Assembly (NCBI GenBank): GCA_938023415.1 | Contig: CALHEE010000007.1 | Span: forward strand, 1 to 41,876 | Direction of reading: 5' to 3' | DNA: 41,876 bases | From: Minisyncoccota bacterium | GTDB lineage: Bacteria > Patescibacteriota > Minisyncoccia > Minisyncoccales > GBS-2 | Shown here: positions 17,323 to 26,915 of the stretch, piece after piece | Layout of the letters: each line of letters begins with the position of its first letter | Numbering within the stretch: the first letter of the stretch is position 1 | Notes under the pieces: model-generated | Database searches by the model: none | Seen by the model: the letters and a program-made list of their open reading frames with translations, nothing else | What the model was told of the DNA's origin: nothing | Position numbers and translations under genes: made by a program

Positions 17323-18354
17323 ATGAGCACAAAGATTATAGAAATTGATGGGTCGATCGGAGAAGGTGGGGGGCAAATACTAAGGATAAGTTGCGCCCTT
17401 TCTATCTTGACAAAAAAGCCCTGCCGTGTTTTCAATATTAGGAAAAAGAGACCAAACCCTGGTCTTCAAGTTCAACATCTTTTGAGTTTAAAAGCCTTAG
17501 CTGAGCTTTCTAATGGAAAGTTAGAAGGCGATTTTTTGGGCTCTAAAGAGATCAAATTTTGGCCAGGAGAAATTTCAGCAAAAGATTTAAATATAAAAAT
17601 TGAAACAGCAGGAAGCATTACTCTTCTTTTACAATCTTTAATTCCACCGGCCCTTTTTGCCTCCTCCCCTCTGAAAATTACCTTTGATGGAGGAGCGACT
17701 GATACTTTCTTTTCCCCTACCCTTGACCATTTTTCTCTTTTTTTAAAGATTTTAGAAAAAATGGGGGCGAAGATAGAAATTGAAGTCTTAAAAAGAGGAT
17801 ATTTCCCTGTAGGGGGAGCGAAAGTCATTGTTAAAATCTTCCCGTCAAAATTAAAACCAATAAACCTAACAGAGAGAGGGGAATTTAAAAAGATTTTAAT
17901 TTTGTCGAGGGCCTCAGAATTTTTAAGAGAAAAAAGGGTGGCTGAAAGACAGGCGATTGAAGCAAAGAAAATTTTCGAAAAACTAAACCTTCCCATTGAA
18001 ACTAAAATCGAATATTCCAAAACTGATTGTCCAGGAAGTTCAATATTAACGGCAGCAATTTTTACCAATACCATTTTGGCCTCCGACAATCTGGGAAAAC
18101 TGGGAAAATCAGCTGAACAAGTGGGCCAAGAGTCTGCCCTCAACCTTTTAAGGGAAGAAAAAAGCGGGGCCTCTCTTGACCGATTTATGAGCGACCAAAT
18201 TTTAATTTATTTAGCTTTGGCAGAGGGAGAATCAAAAATAACTGTTTCTGAACAGACACTCCATTTTAAAACTAACTGTTGGTTGATCCCTCAATTCTTA
18301 AATGGAAAATTTGAAATAAAAGATAACTTAATCTCTTGGGTCCCAAAAAAATAA
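17323..18354 (+). CDS. rtcA: RNA 3'-terminal phosphate cyclase
   Basis: IDGSIGEGGGQILR, NIR..RPNPGL..QHL, TAGSITL, RGYFPVGG, DQ..I, LHFKTN (catalytic His). Confidence 0.93.
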   Translation: MSTKIIEIDGSIGEGGGQILRISCALSILTKKPCRVFNIRKKRPNPGLQVQHLLSLKALAELSNGKLEGDFLGSKEIKFWPGEISAKDLNIKIETAGSITLLLQSLIPPALFASSPLKITFDGGATDTFFSPTLDHFSLFLKILEKMGAKIEIEVLKRGYFPVGGAKVIVKIFPSKLKPINLTERGEFKKILILSRASEFLREKRVAERQAIEAKKIFEKLNLPIETKIEYSKTDCPGSSILTAAIFTNTILASDNLGKLGKSAEQVGQESALNLLREEKSGASLDRFMSDQILIYLALAEGESKITVSEQTLHFKTNCWLIPQFLNGKFEIKDNLISWVPKK

Positions 18355-18463
18355 AATAGACCAAGGGAGATTTTTCAAAAGATCAATACCTCAACTCAAT
18401 TGCTAAGAATAATCTCTTCAAAAGAGATTGAAAAAATCTTTATCAATAGCCAGGTTTCTTTTG

Positions 18464-20968
18464 TTAACTTTGCTTTTTGACCCAATGTTTAAAATAGGAG
18501 AATTTAGCAATTTCAGTAATAGCCAGATAAGCAAGAGAAATTGAAACAATGGTTAAGGTTGTTGAAAGGGTGGGTGAAATGAAACTGAAATATTCCTTGC
18601 CAAATGAGGTAAATGGTAAAGCAAAGGAAAAAATCCCGACGCAAATTGAAAGAAAAACAAGAAGAAAACTTGGGGCTTTGGCTGCTAAAAAGAATTTTCT
18701 TGTTCTTACTGAAAAAATAATAAAAAGCTCTGTTAAAATCGAAAGTAAAAACCAATGGGTCTGAATGACTTTTTCGCCTAAAGGGTAAAAAATGCCAAAG
18801 AAAACAAAATCAAAAAGAGAAGAAATGATGGCCAAAAAGAAAATCAAGGGCAAAATTTGAGAAAATTTTTGTACCTTAGGTCTTTTTAACTCTTCAGGAT
18901 CTAAAGTATCAGTGGCTACCGCCACTAAGGGCAAATCTGACAAAAGATTTAATAAGAGAATTTGAGTAGGAAGCATTGGCAAAAATGGGAAAACTAAAGA
19001 TATCCCAGCCATCGAATACATATTACCAAAATTGCTAGATAAGGTTGCTTTAATATACTTTTGGATGTTTGAAAAAATATTCCTTCCTCTTCTTATTCCT
19101 TCAATTATCGTTTTTAAGTCATCTTTCAATAAAATAATATCTGCTGTCTCTTTTGAAATCTCTGCCGCTCCTTTCACAGCAATGGCAACATTGGCTTCTT
19201 TGAGGGCGGGGGCATCGTTTATTCCTTCGCCAATAAATCCTACTTCATGTTTTTTTTGTAATGACCTTATAATTTTTAGTTTTGTCGTGGGTAAAACCCT
19301 GGCAAAAACCGAATACCTTTCGCAAGCTTCATCAAATTCTTTTTCTGAAAGTTTTTCTATATCTTTCCCCAAAATTACATTTCCCTCATTTTCGATCAAA
19401 CCTATTTCTTTTCCAATAGCTCCAGCCACCTCCGGAGCATCGCCTGTCAAAATCTTAATTTCTACGCCCAACTTCTTCGCTAAGCTCAAAGTTTGCTTGG
19501 CATCTTTTTTTAAGGGATCAATAAAAAACAAAAGCCCTAAAAATTCCAAATCTTTTTCATCTTCTTGAGAATAACTATCTTCTTTCATTTCTTTAAAGGC
19601 AACTGCCAAGACCCTCATTCCTTCTTTTCCTTTTTCCCTTCCTTTCTTCATTATTTCCTCTTTATTAAGACCATTTTTTACTAACTCCAAAATTTTTTCT
19701 GGGGCTCCTCTTACAATTAAATATTTCTTGTCTTCCTTTTCGATTAAGACACTGTTCCTTAATCGGTAGGGAGAAAAGGGTATTTCTGAAATTAATTTTG
19801 CCTTTCTTAGTTCACTAACTTTTTCTTTCACTCTCTCGTAAATAGCTAAATCAAAAGGGTTAGTAATGTTTTCTGGATCTTTTTCTAAACTTCCAGAGGC
19901 CAAAAAAGCAAATTCCAGACATTTTTGTTCGTCTTTAGCAAAAATTGCACTTAAGGTTAACTTGTTTTCAGTGATCGTTCCTGTTTTATCGGTACATAAA
20001 ATTTCGATGTTACCTAAATCCTCAATTGCAGCTAATCTTTTCACTAAAACATTTTTCTTTGCCAGCTTTAGGGCTCCGTTTGAAAGGGAAACTCCAACAA
20101 CTAAGGGCAAAGCTTCTGGGACAATGCCTACTAGCAAAGCTAAACAAAAGATCAAAAATTCAGCTACATTTTCTTGTTTTTTAATGAAAAGATTGACCAA
20201 AAAAATAAGAGCGATCGTTAACACCACAAACCTCAAAATCACCCTTGAAAAATTTCTGATTTCTTTTTCATAAACACTGGGTCTTTCAATTTGAGCGATT
20301 ATTTTCCCAATTTTTCCTATTTCTGTTTCTTTGCCAATAAAAATGACCACTCCTTTTGCTTTCCCAGAAACAATCGATGTTCCAGAAAATAGAATATTCT
20401 TTGCTTCAAAAATACTCTCTGCTTTTTTTACCTCATCTTGTATCTTTCCTACTGGTTCTGATTCTCCCGTTAAGACTGATTCGTCTACCAACAAATCTTT
20501 CGCCTCAATGATACGCAAATCTGCCGGGACAATATCTCCTGCCTGCAAAATAACAATATCGCCTGGGACCAAAAATTTTTTATCAATTATTTTTTCTTTT
20601 CCTTCCCTCAAAACATTTACATCGGGGGGAAAATACTTTTTTAACAAAGAAAGAGCGCGCTCTGCCCTAAATTCTTGAGCGAAGCCCAAAATTACATTGA
20701 AAAAAGCAAAAAGAAAAATTAAAAAAGAATCAATTTTTTCTCCCGCAAAAAAAGCCAAAATGCCAGCAAAAAACAAAAGATAAAAAAAGGCAGACTTTAA
20801 TTGCCTGAAAAAAATTTCAAAAGGAGAGGTTTCTCTTTCTTTAACTTCATTGAAGCCAAAAATTTTTCTTAATTCCTCTACCTCTTTTTCCTTCAGCCCC
20901 TCTTCTCGGCTTTTTAAAAGTTTTAAAACCTCATCTTTGCTTTTTGTGGCAAAATCTTGAAATTTCAT
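18464..20968 (-). CDS. P-type cation ATPase, MgtA-like
   Basis: LTGES, VPEALP, CTDKTGT, ILTGD, SSNFGN, PMLPTQILLLNLLSD; hinge reads GEGIND. Confidence 0.88.
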   Translation of the reverse strand: MKFQDFATKSKDEVLKLLKSREEGLKEKEVEELRKIFGFNEVKERETSPFEIFFRQLKSAFFYLLFFAGILAFFAGEKIDSFLIFLFAFFNVILGFAQEFRAERALSLLKKYFPPDVNVLREGKEKIIDKKFLVPGDIVILQAGDIVPADLRIIEAKDLLVDESVLTGESEPVGKIQDEVKKAESIFEAKNILFSGTSIVSGKAKGVVIFIGKETEIGKIGKIIAQIERPSVYEKEIRNFSRVILRFVVLTIALIFLVNLFIKKQENVAEFLIFCLALLVGIVPEALPLVVGVSLSNGALKLAKKNVLVKRLAAIEDLGNIEILCTDKTGTITENKLTLSAIFAKDEQKCLEFAFLASGSLEKDPENITNPFDLAIYERVKEKVSELRKAKLISEIPFSPYRLRNSVLIEKEDKKYLIVRGAPEKILELVKNGLNKEEIMKKGREKGKEGMRVLAVAFKEMKEDSYSQEDEKDLEFLGLLFFIDPLKKDAKQTLSLAKKLGVEIKILTGDAPEVAGAIGKEIGLIENEGNVILGKDIEKLSEKEFDEACERYSVFARVLPTTKLKIIRSLQKKHEVGFIGEGINDAPALKEANVAIAVKGAAEISKETADIILLKDDLKTIIEGIRRGRNIFSNIQKYIKATLSSNFGNMYSMAGISLVFPFLPMLPTQILLLNLLSDLPLVAVATDTLDPEELKRPKVQKFSQILPLIFFLAIISSLFDFVFFGIFYPLGEKVIQTHWFLLSILTELFIIFSVRTRKFFLAAKAPSFLLVFLSICVGIFSFALPFTSFGKEYFSFISPTLSTTLTIVSISLAYLAITEIAKFSYFKHWVKKQS

Positions 20969-20997
20969 CTTCTTTTTCTTTCATTAATTATCTTCGA

Positions 20998-22593
20998 TCA
21001 CTTTTTAAGCAATTTCAAAATAGTTTCCAAAAGGGAAGCTTGAAAAAAAGAAGGAATTTCTTTTGCCGGGAGTTGAAAACGAGAGGACCTTTTTAGTAAT
21101 CGTTGAGGACAACGATAAGATTCCTTTAAGGTTCCTTTCCCCAAACATCCCAAATTTTCTTCAATTTCTCCCATAAAACCACCAGAATCTATACAGTATT
21201 TTCCTTTTTCTGGAAAGGGCAAATCAACCACTATACAATAAGAATTCTTGGCGCTATAGCAAAAAAGATTAAGTTTTCCACCCTGGATTTTTTTAATCTT
21301 TTCTTCAATTTCTTTTAGATTGGCTCCGTAGAGGGGGTGATTAACATTTAATTTTTGATTGTGACATAAACTTTGATAACCTTCTTCATAAGAATAGAAA
21401 AATTCAGCCATCAATCCCAACCTTCTCATATTACTGATGATTTCTTCTGCTCCTTTTGGTTGGCTTTTTGTCAAAAACTGTGAATACATTTCGAAAAATG
21501 GACCAAAAATTTCCTTTAATTCTTTAGCCTCGGAAGGTTCTTCAATTTGAAGGGGTTTGTTAAATTGGGAATTCTCTAAGCTCACCCTAACCAAAAACTT
21601 GCCCTCTTTGTTTTCCTCAAACTTAGATAAGTCAAAGCTTTTTTCTCCCTTTAGACGGTACAAAAGATAGTCTTTTTTCCCAATCCAAACTTCTCCCTCT
21701 ATCTCTCCTATTTTCTCTAAAAAATCAGCAACTGCTTTCTCGATGTTTTCCTTTTCAGCAGAGAGAGAAAGACCATATTCTTTTATCATCGTTTCTTCAA
21801 GGACCTTAAAAATCTCAGCAAACATCTTTGAAAGTTCTTTTTGATTCAAACTTACTAAATAGTGGTAAACCTTAACCCCATCAATCTTCTCATCTGGAAA
21901 TTGTTTTTTTATAAGATAAAATTTTCTTTTGGAAATAATCCTTTCGATTTTCTCTTGAAGTTCTTTTTGAAGGGCTTTTTCCTTTTCTTCTCTTTCTTCA
22001 ACCTCTTTGAGCATTTCTTCTTTAATTTCCTCTTCAAATGGCATCTCTTTAAGGAAACCTTCAATTGACTCTTTGTCAGTTTTTATCCACTGATCTTTCA
22101 CCATTGAAATTATTCTATTGAGTTCTGGAACTTCTTTTAAAAATGGTATCTGAGGAAGGGTGGTAAGTTTAAGATAGGTTTTTTCTCCTAGTTTTCTTAT
22201 TTCACCACCAAAGGCAAATTTTATTCCCATTCCAGCTGGCGCATTCTTTTCGGAAAAAGAAATAGACAAGTCAAATTTTTGTCCAATCTTTGGTTTTTCT
22301 GGAAAAGTTTTATCTTCTCTGCTTTCTACATTCAATATCATCTCTCCTTGCGTTTGATTTGTTAATTTAAGGGCCAGATCCATTTTGCCATGGTAACTAT
22401 TTACCTTTTTCATTTGATTTATCATTATTGCCATTACCTTTTCTGGCTTTGGCCGGAAAGGGTTCCAAAAAGGATCCCAAAGTCTTGTAGCTAAAGTAAT
22501 GCAACAGCCAAAAAATAAAATCAAAATCAAAAAGAAAATAAAAAATAAAACACTTTTCTTTTGAGAGGAAGCTTGAAAATCTTCTGGTGGCAT
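20998..22593 (-). CDS. Membrane-anchored exported protein: beta-rich LppX/LolA-like region plus C-terminal Cys-rich pilin-like domain
   Basis: N-terminal TM; EKIDGVKVYHYLV, EVWIGKKDYLLYRL, SQFNKPLQIEEP; IISNMRRL..AEFFY..Y.SLC..SYC..YCIDSGG; start uncertain (22593 or 22638). Confidence 0.55.
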   Translation of the reverse strand: MPPEDFQASSQKKSVLFFIFFLILILFFGCCITLATRLWDPFWNPFRPKPEKVMAIMINQMKKVNSYHGKMDLALKLTNQTQGEMILNVESREDKTFPEKPKIGQKFDLSISFSEKNAPAGMGIKFAFGGEIRKLGEKTYLKLTTLPQIPFLKEVPELNRIISMVKDQWIKTDKESIEGFLKEMPFEEEIKEEMLKEVEEREEKEKALQKELQEKIERIISKRKFYLIKKQFPDEKIDGVKVYHYLVSLNQKELSKMFAEIFKVLEETMIKEYGLSLSAEKENIEKAVADFLEKIGEIEGEVWIGKKDYLLYRLKGEKSFDLSKFEENKEGKFLVRVSLENSQFNKPLQIEEPSEAKELKEIFGPFFEMYSQFLTKSQPKGAEEIISNMRRLGLMAEFFYSYEEGYQSLCHNQKLNVNHPLYGANLKEIEEKIKKIQGGKLNLFCYSAKNSYCIVVDLPFPEKGKYCIDSGGFMGEIEENLGCLGKGTLKESYRCPQRLLKRSSRFQLPAKEIPSFFQASLLETILKLLKK

Positions 22594-22736
22594 ATTATTT
22601 TTTAAATAAAAAATTTTTGTCTTTTTCCTTTCTTTCATTTTCTCACAAAAAAATTTAACGTCAACATTATCTTTCCAAAACTACAATTTTTAATTTTGCA
22701 CTTTTTAGAGTTTCTTTTTTTCGGTAATGAGAATTT

Positions 22737-23498
22737 TTAACCGTTAATGAGGTCTAAAATTTCTTGATGAAGTTTTTTGTTTGAGAAGAGAAGGTCGTGT
22801 TTTTCTAAATGCCAAGGGTTCCCTAAAAAATCCGTTATTTTCCCTCCTGCTTCTCTGATAAGTAAAACACCAGCTGCCACATCCCAAGGATCGATTCTGG
22901 TCACAAAAAAAGCTTCTGCCCTTCCGGAAGCTACCCAGCCCAGTTCAATTCCAGCTGAGCCTATTTTTCTTAACTCTTTAACCTTCGGAAAAATTTTAGA
23001 GAAAAGCTTTGTTATTCTTTCTCTCTTTTTTTCACCTCCGTCACAAAATAAAATGTAAGCTTGAGAAATTTCTGAGACTTTTGAAACTTCAATTCTTTTC
23101 CCATTTAAAAACGCGCCTTTACCTTTTTGAGCAAAATAAAATTCACCAATAGCTGGAGCAAAAATCGAAGAACAAATTAATGTTTTCTTTTTCATTAGGG
23201 CAAGAGAAATAGAAAAAAGAGGATTTTTGTTAGCAAAGTTAGAAGAACCATCTAAAGAATCAACCACCCATAAATAATCAGAGCTTCCTTTTAAAAATCC
23301 ACTTTCTTCAGTCAAAAGATTGTCTTTAGGATATTTTTCTTTGATTTTTTTAATTAAAAAATTATCTAAAAGCTTATCATATTTTGTCACTATCTCTTTA
23401 CTTCTCCCTCGTAAAGTAGTTAAATTTTTTTCTTTCTTAAAAAACTCTAAGGCTAGCTCTCCTGCTTCCTTTGTAATTTTTTGAAGAAATTTTTCCAT
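22737..23498 (-). CDS. suhB: Inositol monophosphatase (SuhB family)
   Basis: TEES, WVVDSLDGSSNF, RKIGSA, WDVAAGVL..REAGG; start moved to MEKFLQ. Confidence 0.88.
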   Translation of the reverse strand: MEKFLQKITKEAGELALEFFKKEKNLTTLRGRSKEIVTKYDKLLDNFLIKKIKEKYPKDNLLTEESGFLKGSSDYLWVVDSLDGSSNFANKNPLFSISLALMKKKTLICSSIFAPAIGEFYFAQKGKGAFLNGKRIEVSKVSEISQAYILFCDGGEKKRERITKLFSKIFPKVKELRKIGSAGIELGWVASGRAEAFFVTRIDPWDVAAGVLLIREAGGKITDFLGNPWHLEKHDLLFSNKKLHQEILDLING

Positions 23499-23503
23499 AA
23501 AAT

Positions 23504-23728
23504 TTATTTGAAAAACCGAGAAAGAAAATAAAAAATTGCGGAAAAAATAATGCTTAAAATAAGACAAGTTGTTAAAGGAAAATAAAAAGTAAAAGTTTCT
23601 TTTTTAATAAAAATGTCACCTGGGAGCTTTCCCAAATAAGGGATTTTAGCACTAAAAACCAAAAGAAGGCCTAAAACAATCAAGCAAAATCCCAAAAAAA
23701 TTAAAATTTTTCCGAAGAGAGAAAGCAT
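23504..23728 (-). CDS. DUF2905 family small membrane protein
   Basis: LGKLPGDI..FYFPLTTCLILS between two TM segments. Confidence 0.88.
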   Translation of the reverse strand: MLSLFGKILIFLGFCLIVLGLLLVFSAKIPYLGKLPGDIFIKKETFTFYFPLTTCLILSIIFSAIFYFLSRFFK

Positions 23729-24864
23729 TTGTTTTTGTTATACTCGACTACAAAAGGACACTCAGGATCAGGAAAAAAGGCATTGCCCATTATCTCTTTA
23801 GCTACCGCATGACACCCTCCTCGACAATTTAACAAAAAAGGACATTCTTTACAAGGAGAGGGAGGATTTTTAATCCACTCTCGAAAAAAATTAAATTGAG
23901 AAGAGTTTTCCCAAAAAAATCTTATTTTCTCAGCCTTACCCGCAGGTTCACCCCAGAAACTACAACTTTTCACATTTCCCAAGTGATCGATGGCAGCAAA
24001 ATAATTTCCTCCTACACAACCATCATACCCAAAAAAATTTAAAATCTCTTTTTTCGCTCCACTCCAATAAGCCATTGGTAAAAAAGAACAATCAATCATA
24101 GGATGAATTTTATATTTTTTAGCCAATTTCCTTAAAAGAGAGAAAAAATTAATATACTCTTGGTGAGAAAGCTTAAGCTGAGAATATAAACTCTTTCCCC
24201 TTCCCATTGGTTTGAATCTTAAAAAAAGAACATCTTTTATGCCCATTTTTTTCGCATATTTACAAATTTCCTCTAAATGGGAGTAGCTTTTTTTATTCAC
24301 GATAAAGTTTATTCCCACTCTTATTTTTTCTTTTTTTAAAAGTTGAAGAGCTTTATGCCAACTTCTTTCTTCAAAGGGTAACTTTTCATTAAAAAGATCA
24401 ACCGAAACATGAATGACGCTAAAAACTTTACATTTTTTCACATTTTCTCTGGTAATAAACATTCCGTTAGTGGTGACAGTGGGAGAAATTCCTTTTTCTC
24501 TAGCATAAGCAGCGATGGCAAAAATATCTGGACGGGAAAAAGGTTCTCCCCCACCAAAGGCAACAGAAAAAACTTTCATTTCTGATAAAATATCGATTAT
24601 TTTTTTGATTTCTTTGAAGCTCAATCTTCTGTTTCCCTCTGGTTTAGAGTCTGAGTAACAAAAAGGACATTGCTTGGGACATTGATTGGTGAAATTAAGA
24701 TGAATAAAAAGAGGGGTAGAAAGATAGTTTTTTTCTTGATTCCAAAGCTCGCTTTCTTTCTCTCCCAAAAATTTCATATAATCTTTATCAACAAAAACTG
24801 TCATTCCCAATTTTTCAGAAAATAAAATTCCGCCAAAAGATTCAGGCCTAATTTTCCAGTCCAT
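23701..24864 (-). CDS. Radical SAM/SPASM protein, PqqE/MftC-like
   Basis: CPKQCPFC, GGGEP, TTNG; SPASM C-x12-G-x4-C..CKEC-x5-CRGGC..PDPEC; N-terminal IRPESFGG. Confidence 0.92.
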   Translation of the reverse strand: MDWKIRPESFGGILFSEKLGMTVFVDKDYMKFLGEKESELWNQEKNYLSTPLFIHLNFTNQCPKQCPFCYSDSKPEGNRRLSFKEIKKIIDILSEMKVFSVAFGGGEPFSRPDIFAIAAYAREKGISPTVTTNGMFITRENVKKCKVFSVIHVSVDLFNEKLPFEERSWHKALQLLKKEKIRVGINFIVNKKSYSHLEEICKYAKKMGIKDVLFLRFKPMGRGKSLYSQLKLSHQEYINFFSLLRKLAKKYKIHPMIDCSFLPMAYWSGAKKEILNFFGYDGCVGGNYFAAIDHLGNVKSCSFWGEPAGKAEKIRFFWENSSQFNFFREWIKNPPSPCKECPFLLNCRGGCHAVAKEIMGNAFFPDPECPFVVEYNKNKCFLSSEKF

Positions 24865-24942
24865 AAGAGTAATGATGAATTTAATTAGGATAAACTATTT
24901 TCAAGAATTAATGGATTGGTCTTCAGAAAAATTTTACTCAAA

Positions 24943-25536
24943 TTATCCCCAAAATACCCCAATTAACATCTGATAAATTGTCCAAAGTATGAGCACTCCT
25001 CCCCCTCCTATTAGCATCACAAAAGGAGGTAAAAAGAAATAACGAAAGCGAGGATGACGAACAAAAAAAGAAAAATGACTAATTAAAGAGGTCAAATAAA
25101 AAGTAATAAAAACCCAAAATAATGCTGGCAGGAGACAGCCAAATAAAAAACTACATATTAAAAAAAATATAAAAGCAATGATTTCATTTTCAAAAACATG
25201 AGAAAATGAATATTTGAAAACATCTGTAGTAACAAACCATAAAAAAAATATTCCTACCAATACACTCATTACCAACCTAATAAAATATCTTTTTAAATTT
25301 TTCTTTATCTTCTTTTTTAGCTCCTCTCTTTCTTCTTGAGAAATTATCCTTTCTCCTTTGGTAGCAATCCAAAATCCTTGAAAGAGCGAAAGGGGAATAA
25401 AAATACCTACTATACCTAAAACAGAAAGAATATTAAAAACAAAAAGATAATTAACCGCACCGCTACAATTTGGATTTTTTCCAAAAATAATTTTTAATAT
25501 TTTTCCCTTTTTTGTTTGGATATTACCATTGAACAT
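24943..25536 (-). CDS. Membrane protein (about 4 TM) with KGKILKIIFGKNPNCS leader; candidate radical SAM substrate
   Basis: Leader 12/16 identical to neighbouring gene; remainder hydrophobic. Confidence 0.7.
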   Translation of the reverse strand: MFNGNIQTKKGKILKIIFGKNPNCSGAVNYLFVFNILSVLGIVGIFIPLSLFQGFWIATKGERIISQEEREELKKKIKKNLKRYFIRLVMSVLVGIFFLWFVTTDVFKYSFSHVFENEIIAFIFFLICSFLFGCLLPALFWVFITFYLTSLISHFSFFVRHPRFRYFFLPPFVMLIGGGGVLILWTIYQMLIGVFWG

Positions 25537-25562
25537 ATTCTTAAGCGAAATAATGATAAAAA

Positions 25563-25838
25563 CTAAAAGACCACAAAAGCCAAAAATAAAATTAAGGGTG
25601 CAAAAAAGAAAATGAATATAACCAAACCCAAGACTAAAAAAATATAAAATTTAGATTTGGTTTTTCTTTCTATATATTTCCACACTTTCCAGGTGATTAA
25701 ACTAAGAATTACTGTGAAAATTGAACCTAAAACCAAAAACATCCCTCCGCCCAAAAGAACATCATAAAAAGAAAGTGAGCTATTGTTTGGATTTTTACTA
25801 AAATAAATTTTAAAGATTTTTCCCTTAAAAATTTTCAT
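25563..25838 (-). CDS. Small 2-TM protein with KGKIFKIYFSKNPNNS leader; candidate radical SAM substrate
   Basis: Shared leader; upstream TTGGAA-N17-TAAAAT. Confidence 0.7.
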   Translation of the reverse strand: MKIFKGKIFKIYFSKNPNNSSLSFYDVLLGGGMFLVLGSIFTVILSLITWKVWKYIERKTKSKFYIFLVLGLVIFIFFFAPLILFLAFVVF

Positions 25839-25880
25839 TTTATTTATTTTAAGACAAATTCACTGATTTTCCAAAAATCT

Positions 25881-26915
25881 TTAAGGTTCATTAGAAAATT
25901 TTAACTCTTCTATTATTTCTGGCTGGAAAAATTGGTTAATTTTAACTTTGATAGGCTTTACTTTTTCAATTTTACCACCCTTGACCAAAACCTCCAATAT
26001 CAATCCTTCAGTAGTGTTTTTTGAAAAATTTTGATCAAAAACAAAATTGCCGAGAGAATAAGCAATGTAGCCTTCTTTGTATTTTTCAATGGGCTGAATG
26101 ACATGAGGATGATGGCCTACTACTAAATCTGCTCCGCTCTCAATTGCTACTCTTGAAATTCGAATTTGAAATTCGGTTGGCTTTAAAAGATACTCTGTGC
26201 CATAATGAAAAGAGACAATAACAATTTCTGCTTTTTCTTTGGCCTCTTTAATTTTCTCTTTCATTTTTTCTTCTTCTAACCAACAAATTCCTGATTTCTC
26301 CATCGTTGCCTGCCAAAAAGGGCTTCCTAAATTAGTAAAAGCTAAAAAGGCAATTTTTGTCCCTTTTATTTTTTTTATTAGAGGTTCACAAGCTTCCTTT
26401 TGATTGAAACCTCCTCCTAAAGGATAAATTTTTGCTTCTTTTAATCTTTTGAAAGTATCTTCCATTGCCTCTCTGCCGTAATCGAAAATGTGGTTGTTGG
26501 CTACTGACAAAAGATCAAAGCCGGCAAATTTTAACCCTTCTATTACTTCAGGTTCTGCGCGAAAAGAATAAATAGAACCTACCTTTTTACCTTTATTAGA
26601 AATTGGTCCTTCTAAATTTCCAATTAAAATATCAGCTTCTTGAAGCTCTTTTGCCACTTTTAAAAAGGGAAATTTCCAGTCTCCATTTCCATATTTTTTC
26701 ACTTTTTCTTTCACTCCCCGATCAAGCATAATATCGCCAACAAAAACTAAAGTAATGGAAGGGTTTCTTTTTAAAAATGAAGGAGGTGGTGAGTAAAAAG
26801 AGAGCTTCAAAATTTCATTTTCAAACAGTTTAATTTGAAAAATCAAAAAACTGGCCAGAAAAATTGCTATTAAAATGAAGAGAAAGAGAAAAATAAAAGA
26901 TGAGTTCTTTCTCAT
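25881..26915 (-). CDS. CapA/PGA_cap family metallophosphoesterase-fold protein
   Basis: GDIMLDR, GNLE, ANNH..DYG, SFHYG.EY, GHHPHV, YSLGNF. Confidence 0.92.
   Translation of the reverse strand: MRKNSSFIFLFLFILIAIFLASFLIFQIKLFENEILKLSFYSPPPSFLKRNPSITLVFVGDIMLDRGVKEKVKKYGNGDWKFPFLKVAKELQEADILIGNLEGPISNKGKKVGSIYSFRAEPEVIEGLKFAGFDLLSVANNHIFDYGREAMEDTFKRLKEAKIYPLGGGFNQKEACEPLIKKIKGTKIAFLAFTNLGSPFWQATMEKSGICWLEEEKMKEKIKEAKEKAEIVIVSFHYGTEYLLKPTEFQIRISRVAIESGADLVVGHHPHVIQPIEKYKEGYIAYSLGNFVFDQNFSKNTTEGLILEVLVKGGKIEKVKPIKVKINQFFQPEIIEELKFSNEP

Noticed and set aside
17472-20678. Long antisense ORFs (17472-18143, 19032-19568, 19866-20273, 20331-20678)
   Set aside because: Ser/Phe/Ile-rich mirror frames of rtcA and the ATPase gene
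23701-24864. True mycofactocin, PQQ or heme d1 pathway
   Set aside because: No MftA/PqqA-type peptide or partner enzymes nearby
25881-26915. Poly-gamma-glutamate capsule locus
   Set aside because: CapA-like gene only; no capB or capC
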